From NCBI RefSeq assembly GCF_036321535.1, contig NC_087436.1, forward strand, positions 82,958,001 through 83,022,000: a stretch of DNA of 64,000 nucleotides. The letters run 5' to 3'. Below are positions 13,791-27,411 of the stretch, piece after piece. The notes beneath the pieces are model-generated. The model was not told the origin of the DNA and ran no database searches. It saw only the letters and a list, made by a program, of their open reading frames with translations. The stretch comes from Camelus dromedarius. Taxonomy: Eukaryota. Within the stretch, counting starts at the first letter, position 1. Each line of letters starts with the position of its first letter. The position numbers were made by a program, and so were the translations under genes.

Positions 13791-14533
13791 GTGAGTGCAT
13801 CCTATGAGCCAGGTACTTTCAGCCACTCTACATGCATTACCTTACTGAGTCTTCATTATCTCCACCAAGGTAGAGGCCAGGAGGATCCCTGTTTTATGGA
13901 CAAGAAAGATACAAACTAAGCTAAGTTAATCAAGTCCGTGGACCTGGTAAACGAAGGATGACAAAGGAGGAAGAGGGGAAATATTTGCCTGAGTAACTAA
14001 CTGTAGGGATACAAAGGCCCCGTATTCACCTCCAGGTTCCTAAAACCCTTTTAGGTACAACTCTCTAGCTTCTGTTGAAGCCACTGTCCCTAACCTGGCT
14101 TTCTGCACATGTTTCAGAAATGAACCCCACCCAACCCAGACTGGGTACTCGTTCTACAATAGCATGTTCCAGCTCTCAGCAAGGAAACAATGTGTGTGGC
14201 CTTTGGCTGGTCACAGTCTCTGAATCTCAAGTTTCCTCACCTGCAAAATGAGACAGAATAGCTTGAGATTTTCCAAGGCAGAAGACTGCCAAGTACTTAA
14301 TAATTGAGACGATGCGTCAGGTTTACTGCTTGGCAAAGAAAAAAGGCCAAACTGAGAGGCCACATCCTCACTTGGGTCAGAGCAGCACCACGTTCAACTG
14401 TCATGATCGGAGACCCATACATGCTGTTCTGTGGGGTTGCCAGGTGAAAGAATGATTCTGCAAGTTTAAAAAGGTTTGAAGATCTGGTGCGCGATGTTAA
14501 CGAGCTCACTTAGTTCTAAATATAATGATTCTG

Positions 14534-17435
14534 TATTATGAATAACTGTATGGAACCAAACTGGATAACCTAGAGGAGATGGACAAGTTTCTGGACACAT
14601 ACAGTCCACCAAGACTGAATCAAGAAGAAACTGACCACTTGAACAAACCTATCACTAGAAATGAAATCGAATTAGCAAAAAAAAACCTCCCCACAAATAA
14701 AAGTCCAGGACCGGATGGCTTCACCGGAGAATTCTACCAAACATACAAAGAAGAACTCATACCAGTCCTCCTCAAACTATTCCAGAAGATTGAAAAAGAG
14801 GCAGTACTCCCAAACTCATTCTATGAAGCTACCATCACCCTGATACCAAAACCAGGCAAAGACACCACCAAAAAAGAGAATTACAGACCAATATCACTGA
14901 TGAACATAGATGCAAAAATCCTTATCAAAACGCTAGCAAATAGAATCCAACAGCACATAAAAAAGATTATACATCGTGATCAAGTGGGGTTCATCCCAGG
15001 GACACAAGGATGGTTCAACATACGCAAATCAATCAATGTAATACACCACATCAACAAGAGAAGGGACAAAAACCACATGATCATCTCAATAGATGCAGAA
15101 AAAGCTTTTGATAAAATTCAATACCCATTTATGATAAAAAACTCACCAAAGTGGGTATAGAGGCAACATATCTCAACATAATAAAAGCTATATATGACAA
15201 ACCTACAGCCAGCATAGTACTCAACGGTGAAAAACTCAAAAGCTTCCCATGAAAATCTGGGACAAGACAAGGCTGCCCACTATCACCACTCCTATTCAAC
15301 ATAGTCTTGGAAGTCCTAGCCACAGCAGTCAGGCAAGAGAGAGAAATAAAGGGATCCAGATTGGAAAAGAAGAGGTAAAAGTGTCAGTATATGCAGATGA
15401 CATGATACTATATACAGAAAACCCTAAAGAGTCCACACAAAAACTACTAGAGCTGATCGAAGAATTCAGCAAGGTAGCAGGTTACAAGATTAACGTTCAA
15501 AAATCAGTTGCATTTCTTTACACTAACGATGAATCAACAGAAAAAGAAAGTAAAGAAACAATCCCCTTTAAAATAGCACCCAAAGTAATAAAATACCTAG
15601 GAGTAAATCTAACCAAGGAGGTGAAAGACTTATACATGGAAAACAATAAAACACTGATGAAGAAAATTAAAGAAGACTTTAAAAAATGGAAAGATATCCC
15701 ATGCTTCTGGATTGGAAGAATCAATATTGTTAAAATGGTCATACTGCCCAAGGCAATCTACAGATTTAATGCAATCCCTATCAAATTACCTAGGACATAT
15801 TTCACAGAACTAGAACAAATCATAATAAAATTTATATGGAACCACGAAAGACCTGGAATTGCCAAAGCATTACTGAAGAAAAAGAAAGAGGCTGGAGGAA
15901 TAACTCCCCCAGACTTCAGACAATACTATAGAGCTACAGTAATCAAGACAGCATGGTATTGGTACAAAAACAGACATATAGACCAATGGAACAGAATAGA
16001 GAGCCCAGAAATGAACCCACAAACTTTTGGTCAACTAATCTTCGACAAAGGAGGCAAGAATATACAATGGAATAAAGACAGTCTCTTCAGCAAACGGTGT
16101 TGGGAAAACTAGACAGCAGCATGTAAATCAATGAAGCTAGAACACTCCCTTACACCATACATAAAAATAAACTCAAAATGTATCAAAGACTTAAACATAA
16201 GACAAGATACAATAAACCTCCTAGAAGAAAATATAGGCAAAACATCTAACAATACATCTCAAAAATGTTCTCCTAGAACAGTCTACCCAAGCAATAGAAA
16301 TAAAAGCAAGAATAAACAAATGGGACCTAATGAAAATTACAAGCTTCTGCACAGCAAAGGAAACCATAAGTAAAACAAAACGACAACCTACGGAATGGGA
16401 GAAAATTTTTGCAAATGAAACTGACAAAGGTTTGATCTCCAGAATATAAGCAGCTCACACGATTTAATAAGAAAAAAACAAACAACCCAATCCAAAAATG
16501 GACAGAAGACCTAAACAAGCAGTTCTCCAAGGAAGAAATACAAATGATCAATAGGCACATGAAAAAATGCTCAATATCACTAATAATCAGAGAAATGCAA
16601 ATCAAAACTACAATGAGGTATCACCTCACACCAGTCAGAATGGCCATCATTCAAAAGTCCACAAATGACAAATGCTGGAGAGGCTGTGGAGAAAGGAGAA
16701 CCCTCCTACACTGCTGGTGGGAATGCAGTTTGGTGCAGCCACTGTGGAAAACAGTATGGAGATTCCTCAAAAGACTAGGAATAGACTTACCATATGACCC
16801 AGGAATTCCACTCCTGGGTATATATCCAGAAGGGACCCTACTTCAAAATGACACCTGCACCCCAATGTTCATAGCAGCACTATTTACAATAGCCAAGACA
16901 TGGAAACAGCCTAAATGTCCATCAACAGATGACTAGATAAGGAAGATGTGGTATATGGAATACTATTCAGCCATAAAAACTGACAACATAATGCCACTTG
17001 CAGCAACATGGATGTTCCTGGAGAATGTCATTCTAAGTGAAGTAAGCCAGAAAGAGAAAGAAAAATACCATATGAGATCGCTCATATGTGGAATCTAAAA
17101 ACAAAAAACAAAAATACAAAACAGAAACAGACTCATACACATAGAATACAAACTTGTGGTTGCCAGGGGGATAGGGGGTGGGAAGGGACTGGGATTTCAA
17201 AATGTAGAACAGATAAACAAGATTGTACTGTGCAGCACAGGGACATATATACAGGATCTTGTGGTGGCTCACAGCGAAAGAGAATGTGACAATTAATGTA
17301 TGTATATTCATGTATAACTGAAAAATTGTGCTCTACACTGGAATTTGACACAACATTGTAAAATGACTATAACTCAATAAAAAAATGTTTATATAAAATA
17401 AATAAATAAAAAATTGGTAATAAATAAATAAATAA
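14534..17435 (+). mobile_element. Young 5'-truncated LINE-1: disrupted ORF2 reverse transcriptase and C-terminal domain, 3'UTR and A-rich tail
   Basis: ORF pieces 14579-15160, 15249-16112 (YADD motif), 16131-16373 and 16544-16936 (CWRGC...HCWWEC). TSD AATGATTCTG at 14524-14533 and 17436-17445. Frameshifts and stops are present. Confidence 0.95.
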
Positions 17436-17471
17436 AATGATTCTGGTACTTATGTGGATACAAAATAGATG

Positions 17472-17568
17472 CTGAGCATGCACAAGGTGCTTGGTTCAAT
17501 TCACAGTACCTTCATGTGAAAAAAAAAAGAGGGAGAGAGAAGGAAAAAAAAGAAAAAGCAAAAGAAAC
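17472..17568 (+). mobile_element. 5'-truncated tRNA-Ala-derived SINE, same family as 1883-1985
   Basis: Body agcatgcacaaggtgcttggttcaattcacagtacc with an A-rich tail. TSD CAAAATAGATG at 17461-17471 and 17569-17579. Confidence 0.75.
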
Positions 17569-20280
17569 CAAAATAGATGGCTTTGAACACAACTGTTAAA
17601 CAGTGGCTGGATCAAGGTCGAATCATAACGAATGTACGTTAAATGGTCTTAACTGTTTATTCCAACCCTCAATCAGTATTTGCCAAAGGATCACCTGGAA
17701 TTTCCAGGTCTATTCCTCAGAGATTCTAAGTCAACAGGGGACAAAAAACAATAGGTTTCCTTCCTCTTTTCCTCTCTTACATAAGCATCCCAGATGATCT
17801 TGATTCCTATCAGGCAAGCTTGGGAAACCCCACCCTAGGTAACATCAAAAAATGTGGAAGTTCACAGTCTAGAAAGTGAGTCTGATTTCGAATGTAAGTA
17901 TTTTATGTTCATACTGCTTAGAGGGGACAAAAACATTACAAGTCAACATGTGAGTCGACCACTTTTTTTTTTTAATGTGTGTATAAAGAGACAGAAGGCC
18001 AGGAGGTATACCAAGACGGTAGCTTTGTTTGGTGGGGTTCCAGGTTTTCTTTTTGGGGGGATCTTCATTCCACTGAGGATAAACAGAAAGCTTTGAGAGT
18101 GAGGTGGGGACACTGATTGTCTCCTGCACTGTCTTGGTGAAGATGAGCTATTGCAACTATTCAGGTTAGCTTGACAAATTCCTATGGATGTAGCAGACAT
18201 CGTTTGAATTAGTCTTTAATCGTCAGGAACAGGTGAATGTTAGCTACTATTTATACTCCTTCAGTTGCTCTTGTGGGGCTTTCAAAGAAGAGTGCGAGAA
18301 GACTGTCGCTATGAAGGGCTCCGTGGCGAGGTGGATGAGGCTGAGGGATGGAGGGAGGAAGGAAGGAAGGAAGGAAAAGAAAGGAGGCTATTCATGGGCC
18401 CAACAGCTTGGCTTCTTTTATCTTAAACCAAAGTAATTTATTTATCTTCTCCATCATTAATTAGTTCTTCTGACATCCAAGAAGATGACAGCAAAATTCA
18501 AAAGAATACAGATCTATTTTGAAGTAAATTTCTATAAACTAAAATTCTCCTTTCTACTTTATAGGACTTACAAGTTTACTTACACTTTTTAAAGTGTTCC
18601 TAAACTTAAAAATGGTTAAGACGGTAAATTTTATGTTACTTATTTCTTACCATGATAATTTTAAAAAGAATTATGTATAAAAACAATTGAAATACAAAGG
18701 GAGGATAAGTGTGATAAGATATATTTAAATTCTTATATTCTTATTCATTTTAAAAGTAAGTGTTAAGGCTTTATTGTTTCTTAAGTATATTTTGTGTATA
18801 AAGGATAAATATATATTCCTCTCTGCATATACACAGAGAACTGTGTAATATATTTCTTTGTGTGTAAGGAAGAGTACATACAGAGAACTATGAGTAAGCC
18901 AGGGTTATGTAAAAAGAAGGAACTGTACCAAGAACAGGAAAAACTCATGAACCCTGATGGTCACGAAGTAATCAGGTAGAAAGAGGGTGTGATAATTTGT
19001 TACAAGATGAAGCATTAGTCAAATATCATCAAACAAAGGAAGAAGTTCCTTAAAGTCCAAAGATGAAAACAGAACACTATGTCCTTGGATTGATGTTGCA
19101 ACAAGGCAGGGCACCCACTGACCCTAAATGACATTCCAAGATGACCAGTCACAGCGGGTCTACATTCTGGTTCCTCAGTTCACTCAATTCCTATAATACT
19201 GAAAAGTATTTACTTTCAAAAAAGGAATAAATGAAATGGGATCTCCTAAACCATATTCTAGAACAATAAAAGAGCATTAGTGGAAAAGTGAAACCTAAAT
19301 AAAGTGTACAGTTTAACAGTAATGTAGCCACGTTAATTTCTTAGTTTTGACATGTACCGTGGTACATAAAATACTAACATTGAAGGAAGCTGGGCAAAGG
19401 CTATACTTTCCACATGATTTTTGCAACTTTTCTATACATCTAAAATTATTCCAAAATGCATAGTTTATTAAAGGGGGTGGGGAGCTTCATTCAGGATGTA
19501 CCTACACACATAGGAACACAAAACTGAGCTGTAGGGATGTTCTGACAATAGCAACAGAGGGGAGTATACAAGAGTCATTGCAAACATAACCCAGAGAGAA
19601 GGGAGGAAGAAGTGACTGGAAGAGGAGCTGGGGGTGGCGTGCTGGGCGGGCATTCGGGAGGGCAGCACTCATAATGTCCTATTTTTTTTGACCTGGATTG
19701 GTGGCTGCACAGGTGTGTCCCTTTTATAATTCACTGGACTGTACTTTTTCCCTACATTACCCTTCAGTAAAAAAGAAGTTTAAATACACTTCCCTATTAC
19801 TGGTAAAGGTTAGAATGAAGAGAAGCTGTGTAAATAAATGAGATGCATATGGAGGGAAGAAAAAACCTGTAAAGGGCCAGTTATAACAATAACTATATAA
19901 TACGTGTGAGATGTGCAGAGCTGGGAAGGATCTCGGAAATTATCAAATCCTGCCGTGGACAGTTCTTCATGCAGGTAGCCCTGGAGATCCTGATGCTGAG
20001 AGGCTCATGGGGCCCAGACGCCTGTATCTGAGCAAAATTCCTCAGGAGATTATGATGCACACCCAGATCACCAGTCCCGGCCCTCTAGACCTGTAGTCCA
20101 CAGCCCAGCTGAGGCCCCTGTGATACTCTCATTCCCCCAGAGGGAAACCGCAGTGAGGTCGAATAACCTTAAAAGGCTTATCAAAGCTTTTTCTAGCATA
20201 ATGGCTTTTTAACTCCATAAATAACACTGGGTTTTCCCAACATGGTTTGGATTTCATGCTTCCACAAAAACATCAATACA

Positions 20281-20296
20281 TTTATTAGTATTTATT
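20281..20296 (-). terminator. Candidate ABCG2 proximal polyadenylation signals (tandem AATAAA)
   Basis: TTTATT at 20281-20286 and 20291-20296 on +, i.e. two AATAAA on -, about 410 nt after the stop codon. More distal sites are possible. Confidence 0.55.
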
Positions 20297-20704
20297 AAAT
20301 AATGGCAGATCATTGATTCATATAATATTGAAGCCGGAAGACAACTAACCTACCTATTCTTTTTAAAGGTGAGGAAACCAATGCCAGAGACATGAATAAC
20401 TTGTCACAAGTTTCTAGAACTCAATTCTTTTTCAGGGCAATAAGTTAAACTAGATTTCTTCCCCATGGTTACTCTCTGACTGGATGAACTAACACTACAT
20501 AATAGCACTAGTTTATGACCTGGGTTCTTTCGTGTAGAATTTAGTTCATTGTGATTTCTATAAATGTTTCTGTTAAAACTAATTCTTGTTGAACAATAGC
20601 ATGATGGCAAGTGAAAAGAAGACAACCAACAAAACTTCACTGAATACTGAAGTCAAGGTGCTCCCTTTTTAATGTGGGGTAAATTGTGTAAATCAAAGAG
20701 GAAT

Positions 20705-20852
20705 TTAAGAAAATTTTTTTAGAAGTAACAATTTTAGGTAGGCAATTGTAAGGAAGATAACAATCATGCAAGCCAAGGCTACGTGATTCTTCCACAGGCC
20801 CCAAGGTGAGAGATCGATGCCCTGGTTTGCCAAAAATTCTTCGCCAGTACAT
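20705..20852 (-). CDS. ABCG2: ABCG2 terminal exon 16, coding part (TM6 and stop)
   Basis: 148 nt. Translates CTGEEFLANQGIDLSPWGLWKNHVALACMIVIFLTIAYLKLLLLKKFS then TAA. The exon lengths sum to 1971 nt, giving 656 aa. Confidence 0.96.
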
Positions 20853-22574
20853 CTGAAATTCAATAGGAAAAGAATATGACTTCATTCTTAGCATCTGTCA
20901 AATTTTACTTAATATAGTCACTGTTCCTTAAAGAAGCATATAGGTTACCAAGTCTTAAATAAATATCCCTTTATTTATAATAGGAAACAGTCATTGATAC
21001 TTACAATTCTGCTAGACACCATGAAGCAACCTGCATATAACAGTTGAGTTAATCCTGAAAATAACCCTATGGGGTGGACATTATACACATTTAAAAGATG
21101 AGGAGACTAAGGTTTCCGGAACTTGGCCAAGTTCACAGACTCACACTTTGAACCAAGCTACCAGCCTCTCCAAATTCACTTGTTTTCAAGTCTGCGGTGC
21201 TGCTCATGTCAAAGAGCAGAAACATGTATTGAGTAATTTTCACTCAAAATGACAGGGAAAACTGCAGCTTTAGCAAATGACATCCAAGGCCCTGATAAAG
21301 ATGATCGGCACTCTTTGTAGAGCTCATTACACACATCAGCCACACAAAAGCACTCAGGCTGAGAATTCGGAAACGAGGCGAAAAGGTGAGTAAGGGCTTC
21401 CTGCCAGAGCTGCCCTGTCAGCTCTCCCACCAAGCCTGGCATGAGCATCGCAGACACTGGGCCACAGGACGTCACCAGGAGGCCCAGTTGCCAGTTAAGT
21501 GTTCGCGGGAGCAGGAGAAGGGCAAGACGGAGCAGCCTCGCCACAGGCCAGAAAAGCAGCTGGTACTAAAAATAAAACCACATTTTATTGCCTGGTATCA
21601 TTTTTGTGTGACTCTTGGAATTTAGCAGTTCCAAAAAAAAAGGTTGTACCCAGATCAAAAGAAAGGCAGTGGGTGGGATAAAGGAAGCTTCTCTTCACAG
21701 AGGTTTTTCTGGCAATACTTCAAAATAGCCATTTGTCCTGTTATATTAAGAATATTCTACTTGAATATTCATGAGATTTAGGATAGTAGCATTTTCTTTT
21801 CTCTCATTAATTAATGTATTAAAAATCGCACCATGAACAACAATCACCAAAAAGAAAAATGTTGATTTTAAAACAACACCTCTAATTTTATTATAATCTA
21901 CATTTTTGTTTTATGGATATTATACCAAAAAAAAAAAGGATTTCCTTTTCAGCTTACTGAAATATGTATTTCTCTCTTTAGAGGATACACCCTTTGCTGG
22001 GTCAGTTTTAAAAAAAAAAACAACTGTGCAGACTTTGATTTCATGTTTCCTAAATGCAAGAGGAAGAGGCAAGTACCAGGACTGTGGCAGGAAAATGCTC
22101 ACTCCCTTTCTGTTCCTCTGCCCTTTCAGCTCTTCCTGTGGGCCACAGGTTGGGCTTGCAGGAATCCCTAAGTTCATGGATCCACACCCTTCAAATAATC
22201 CATACAGTTCCAATACTGCTAAGGCCTTGCTATGATGTCAAAGCAGCTCATTTCAAACTCAAATGTTCTGAAAAAACAGAAACTCAAACCCACAATCTTA
22301 GCAGCAAGAGGATCTTTTAAAAAGGCCCCAAACAAACAAGTAACACAAAAGAAACATTTCTCCAACTAAAATATGATGTTGACCGTAATAGAATACCTCG
22401 GAGTTGTAGGACACTTTCATGTGCACAACTCACTTTAGAGATGAGAAAATTTAGGCTCAGAGAAGTCAGTGTCCCTGAAAGGACTCCCCAGCTCTAAGCC
22501 TGGTGGGGTTTCTGCATCACATCTCAACAGTAAGCAAACCCACTACGACGATGAACGCAAGAACACAAACTTAC

Positions 22575-22657
22575 GTCGCAAAGCTACAGCTACTGTTTGC
22601 TGTTACATTGAGTCCTGGGCAGAAGTTTTGTCCCAGAAATTCATTGTGCTGCAAAGC
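22575..22657 (-). CDS. ABCG2: ABCG2 exon 15, extracellular loop 3
   Basis: 83 nt, donor GTAAGT. Translates ALQHNEFLGQNFCPGLNVTANSSCSFAT. Confidence 0.96.
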
Positions 22658-23070
22658 CTGTAACACAAGGAGGAGCAGGGCAGGGAAAATAGTTTTACAT
22701 TTCAAAAAGTTTCCAAAGAAGTATCACAACCCCATCCTCTGAATTTAATCTTCATTGTTATTTCTCAAAAATAAAAACCAAGCTTCATGTTCACTGTCTT
22801 TGTCACACCAAAGCAGCTAAAATTATTTTCCCTGGCAATCAAGAGGCCCAGGGTTAAGATTTTGGCTTCTAATACAAAGGAAGTTAAGTATTTGGCCAAG
22901 AGGGGAGACCTCTGGTTCTGTTCCCCATAGTCCTTTCCTTTTTCTCTCCCCAGTGTGATGACCCCAGAAACACTGTAATTAAAATGATACAGTGGTACTC
23001 AATGACAATTGGTAATTTATAGTAAGAATCTTTTGTATTGCTCTTGTTTATTCTCATCAAACCCAGTTCT

Positions 23071-23127
23071 CACAACATTGTAAAATGATTATAAATCAAT
23101 AAAAAATGTAAAAAAAAAAAAAAAAAA
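23071..23127 (+). mobile_element. Ultra-short L1 3' end
   Basis: Near-identical to the tail of the 14534-17435 L1 (cacaacattgtaaaatga.tataa.tcaataaaaaatgt) plus poly(A). TSD CCAGTTCT at 23063-23070 and 23128-23135. Confidence 0.8.
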
Positions 23128-23587
23128 CCAGTTCTAATTCTTGGGAGTTAGAGACATTTATACTACATTAAGGCATGGTTTTCTCTGGAGTTGATTAGCT
23201 GTCTAAAGCCAATAGTGGCTATGAGAATTACATGGTCTTCGTTTTTCTTCTAATTTTCCTTTCGATTTAAAATACGTATTCTAGGCTCCCATCCTCTCAT
23301 TAATTTCCTTACTGAACTGAAACACTGTTATTTTTTCACATCAATTAGTCGCTCTTTCTCCTTCACCATGAGTTATCTCCCCACCCATTACCTTCCTCCA
23401 ATAACCGGGTGACTGGGGAGATGCCCAGTGATTCCCAAGGTGACCCAAGGGTTAATAACATGAAACTCTACTTCATTCTCGGAAAACCTGCACAGCTCGT
23501 GGCTGGGGACGTGAGGTGGTTAGTCGTTATTTTGGCCGTTCCCAACACGGGAACAATGAACTGGTCACAGTGACAAGAAGAACGTAC

Positions 23588-23677
23588 CGTATAGCCATAT
23601 CGAGGAATGCTGAAGTACTGAAGCCACGAGAGCCAAGGTGCAATGGTTCTGAGATTCACCAACAGCCCTGAAAATAT
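23588..23677 (-). CDS. ABCG2: ABCG2 exon 14
   Basis: 90 nt. Translates IFSGLLVNLRTIAPWLSWLQYFSIPRYGYT. Confidence 0.96.
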
Positions 23678-25481
23678 CTACAAAAAGCAAATTCCAAGAA
23701 TCAGAACTGGTGAAGTGATTTCATGAAGAATTCTAGCAAGCACCCTCCTTAAGTCCCCACAGCCTTGTAACCACTTCTGCCAAGGCCAACTCTTTCTTGA
23801 AATTCTGTCCACTACCCTGGAGATGTAGCATACCCTCTTGGTATGTGTATACCTCTCGAGAGCTGGGGCTGTTTAAGATTCTAAAGGAGTGACAATATAT
23901 CTATAATATAAATTTCATTTAATTGGGAGATCTTTAATTGCTGAGGCTTTCACTTTCTCTGTAACTGCACACAATGGAAGGTCAGTATGTACTGACTGTT
24001 CCAGTGATACAACCACTGTATGTTCCCACCAGTAAACATACCAGAACATACCCTGAGCATCTCATGCCCCTATTTCCATAACACAGTAATATTTATTTAC
24101 AAGGGTTTGCACTCTATCTCTGCATGGTGTTAGGAATAATTTGGGGTTCAGAATGCATGCTTAAAATAACCCAAAGCCTGGAACTGATACATAGCATAAT
24201 GTGGTAAAGCAAAGCATAAAACATGATCAGTATCTTCATTTAAAGCTACAAAAAAGCAGTATTGCGATGGAGATGAAGGATCACTCCAGCAAGAGAAGGC
24301 TACATAAGAAGAGGTTCACATAAAACTTTTCCTAACTGGCACAAGGCATGCTGGCATGGGCGTAACAATGACAATATTCCTGGTGTGACTACAGATTTTT
24401 AAGCTTGACCCAACCTAGTGCTTAATACATAATGCACAGCATTGCTGAGTAAAGTACAGTCTTATAACTGATTTTTAAAGTTCTACATACAAACCCTTAA
24501 ATAACAATAAATCAAAGCATCTAATAATATCAAACAAAACATTTTTATATTTGAACAACATCTTATTTATTGAATGACATTATAGAAAATACAACATGAA
24601 GCTTATCATTTTCTCAATAATGTTTAGATTCGTAGCTTTCAAACTCAGAAATGGAAGAATTAAACTTTGGTAAGAGTCTGTGCTAATTACCTATCAGTTA
24701 AATATATGTGATCTTACCCTAGCAGAAAAGGTATGTGTATTAAGTAAATAGGCTACACATTCCTGTTTGCTCAGTGTTGGTGGGAAATGTGGTAGCTGGT
24801 TCCCTTCACTTGCAGATTCACTTCTGTGTTCACAAAACTTAGGACCATGTGAGGTTAGGATTAAGTAAATGTTTAAAAAAGGTAAGCAGAAATATATTGA
24901 TATAAGGGAATGTCAGGAACCCAGAAAGGAGGGGTCCTAGTACTGGAATTTTTCAGTATTTTTTTAAACACTCCTTTTCAAAATACAAGAGAGACCCAAG
25001 ACAGACCCATGCCATATACTGCTCTATTCTCATGCAGTTTAGCTTCTCCCTTGGAGAGCAGCAGATTCAACCCAACCAGCTGCTGGCGAAACAAGCCAGC
25101 AGTCCTCTCACATCAGCACAAAACTCAGACAATGAACCTGTCATTTTAAAACCTGTTTACAATTTGAAAAAGCAAAATTTTTCTGGTTTTTAAAGTTCCA
25201 ATTTATCAAGCTTTCACGATATGTCACTGAGAGGTATATTTTAAAAGCTCATCTGTAATGACACATTGACTAAGATTATAATAACCATGTTAGAACAGTA
25301 GCAAAAAAGGCTGGATGAGATCAAGAAAGAGCTGGTACGTTCCCTAATAATATAAGCTATACTTCAGTATAGGGCTTCCTGACAGCAGGAAACCTCAAAG
25401 CAGATTTTACATGACAGGTGAATCTGCAGAAAGGAATGAGGAAAAATAATTACATCTCAGGGAAGCACAGTTCCTACTCAC

Positions 25482-25636
25482 CATCATAAACACAAAACAG
25501 ATGGTCATGAGAAGTGTTGCTACGGAGACCACGCTCTGACCTGCTGCTATGGCCAGTGCCATAGAACTGGCCGCATACGCCACCATCATCAGGGTAAACA
25601 TCATGATGAAGAAGGCCTCCACCACTGGTTTCAGTC
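25482..25636 (-). CDS. ABCG2: ABCG2 exon 13, TM4-TM5
   Basis: 155 nt. Translates LKPVVEAFFIMMFTLMMVAYAASSMALAIAAGQSVVSVATLLMTICFVFMM. Confidence 0.96.
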
Positions 25637-26874
25637 CTTAGTCAGGAAGAAAAGAGGGGGTTAATCCAACAGCCTAGGTCACTGTCTATCAGGGATTGTT
25701 TATTATGTAAATAACACCATAATATTTTGAGAAACCAGTATCAGAATGAAAAAAAATTTCATCCTCTATCCAACCAACCTGTGTCACCAATTTCACTGTT
25801 TTCCCCGATATAACTGTACCAAGTTATACGGTTTTCTTTTTCACACTCACTGCATAAGCATGGAAGGCTCTGGCTTCTTTGTTTGTAATTAACAACTTCT
25901 GAGTGCCTGAGATGGAGAGCTGCAGGCAACACAACTGGACACAATTCTTCTGCCTCCTCTTCTCACGAGGAAACTTGCCAAGAGCACACTCATTTTCCCC
26001 AGACATCACCTCATTACTCACTGTTTGCTGTAACTGCATTACTGAAGATACCGGGAAGGTCAGGACTACCTGACCTCCCTGTGGTTTTAACGTCTGGGGG
26101 AGTGTATCCATAATTCAAGTCTCCCAAGACAAATCACCCTACAACTCTGAGATTGAGGATGGGGTTAAATTAAGCTTCATAAAACTGCTTTATAAACTAA
26201 AATGGGCTAACATTATGGGTCATACAAAAATTTGCAGATTTTGCAAGAGCCATAAGAATACTATAGAGTAGATAGGAATTTGAGGACCTAGGTTCTATGC
26301 CTAATTCTTTATGACACATCTCTTATTTGTAAAATGGAAGTTTAAACTCAATCAGTAATGCTTTGTCAAAAAAACTATATTTTGGGGGGAGTGTGTGTGT
26401 GACATATATGGAAATTCTGATGTAATGAGCCTGGGGTATAGCCTCAACATAATGCATAAATCAATCTGTCTACATCTATCAAACAAATACTTTTATTAAA
26501 CCAGTAAGCTCCAGAAGTCACCATCTTTCACTGTCTTTGTACACATACACAAATAAAAAAGAAATAGATAAGTAATAAATACCCCAGCTCCAGCCTCCTC
26601 CAACACAGGGTCAAATAGTTTTATGAATAATTTCCATGTTGTATATGACACACAGTATCCCTATAAAATACAGTTTTATAAACAGTTTTAAAAGCTACTT
26701 TGGGAAAAGTCTTGACAAAAATCCCCTCCGAGAACAGTTATTTGAGAGCATACATAATGACTGGATGCTTCCTTTCTCATGGCTTTCTTTACCGTTTTGA
26801 GAACCAAAGCCCGCTTGCAAAAAGTCCCCTCATCTCCAAGACTAAAGACACATACCTTCTGTCCCGTGGCTTAC

Positions 26875-26999
26875 CTAACATGAAGTACGTTATACAAGTA
26901 AATATGATGCTTGGCAACATCCTCATAGGTAGAAAATCAGACAACAGTTTTCCAAAGAAATAAGATGACACTCTGTAGTATCCACTGATATATTCATGT
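26875..26999 (-). CDS. ABCG2: ABCG2 exon 12, TM3
   Basis: 125 nt. Translates HEYISGYYRVSSYFFGKLLSDFLPMRMLPSIIFTCITYFML; the Arg equivalent to human R482 is retained. Confidence 0.96.
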
Positions 27000-27165
27000 C
27001 TAAAAGCAAAAATTCATATCACACACCCTCCATTAGTTTAAGAAGGTACAGACCAGAAGATTAAACCACCTGCTATACAGACTTCTGCTGCCCCCAGGGG
27101 TCTAACAACTACAGCTTCCACATCCACGAGGCCCACCCACCACCCTTCATCCCTGTCGGCATCTT

Positions 27166-27411
27166 TTTCTTTTTTAATTGAAGTACAGTCAGTTACAGTG
27201 TGTCAATTTCTGGTGTACAGCACAATGTCCCAGTCATGCATATACAAACATATATTTGTTTTCATATTCTTTTTCGTTAAAAGTTATTACAAGACATTGA
27301 ACATAGTTCCCTGTGCTCTACAGCAGAAAGTTTTTTAAAAATCTATTTTTATACATAGTGGCTAACACTTGTAAATCTCAAACTCCCAAATTTATCCCTT
27401 CCCATCCCCTT
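27166..27411 (-). mobile_element. Truncated L1 3' end
   Basis: Poly(T) followed by antisense L1 3'UTR. TSD CCTGTC(G/A)GCATCTT at 27152-27165 and 27412-27425. Confidence 0.8.

Noticed and set aside
14579..16936. Active or domesticated reverse transcriptase gene
   Set aside because: It is broken by frameshifts and stops and lacks ORF1, the endonuclease domain and a promoter.
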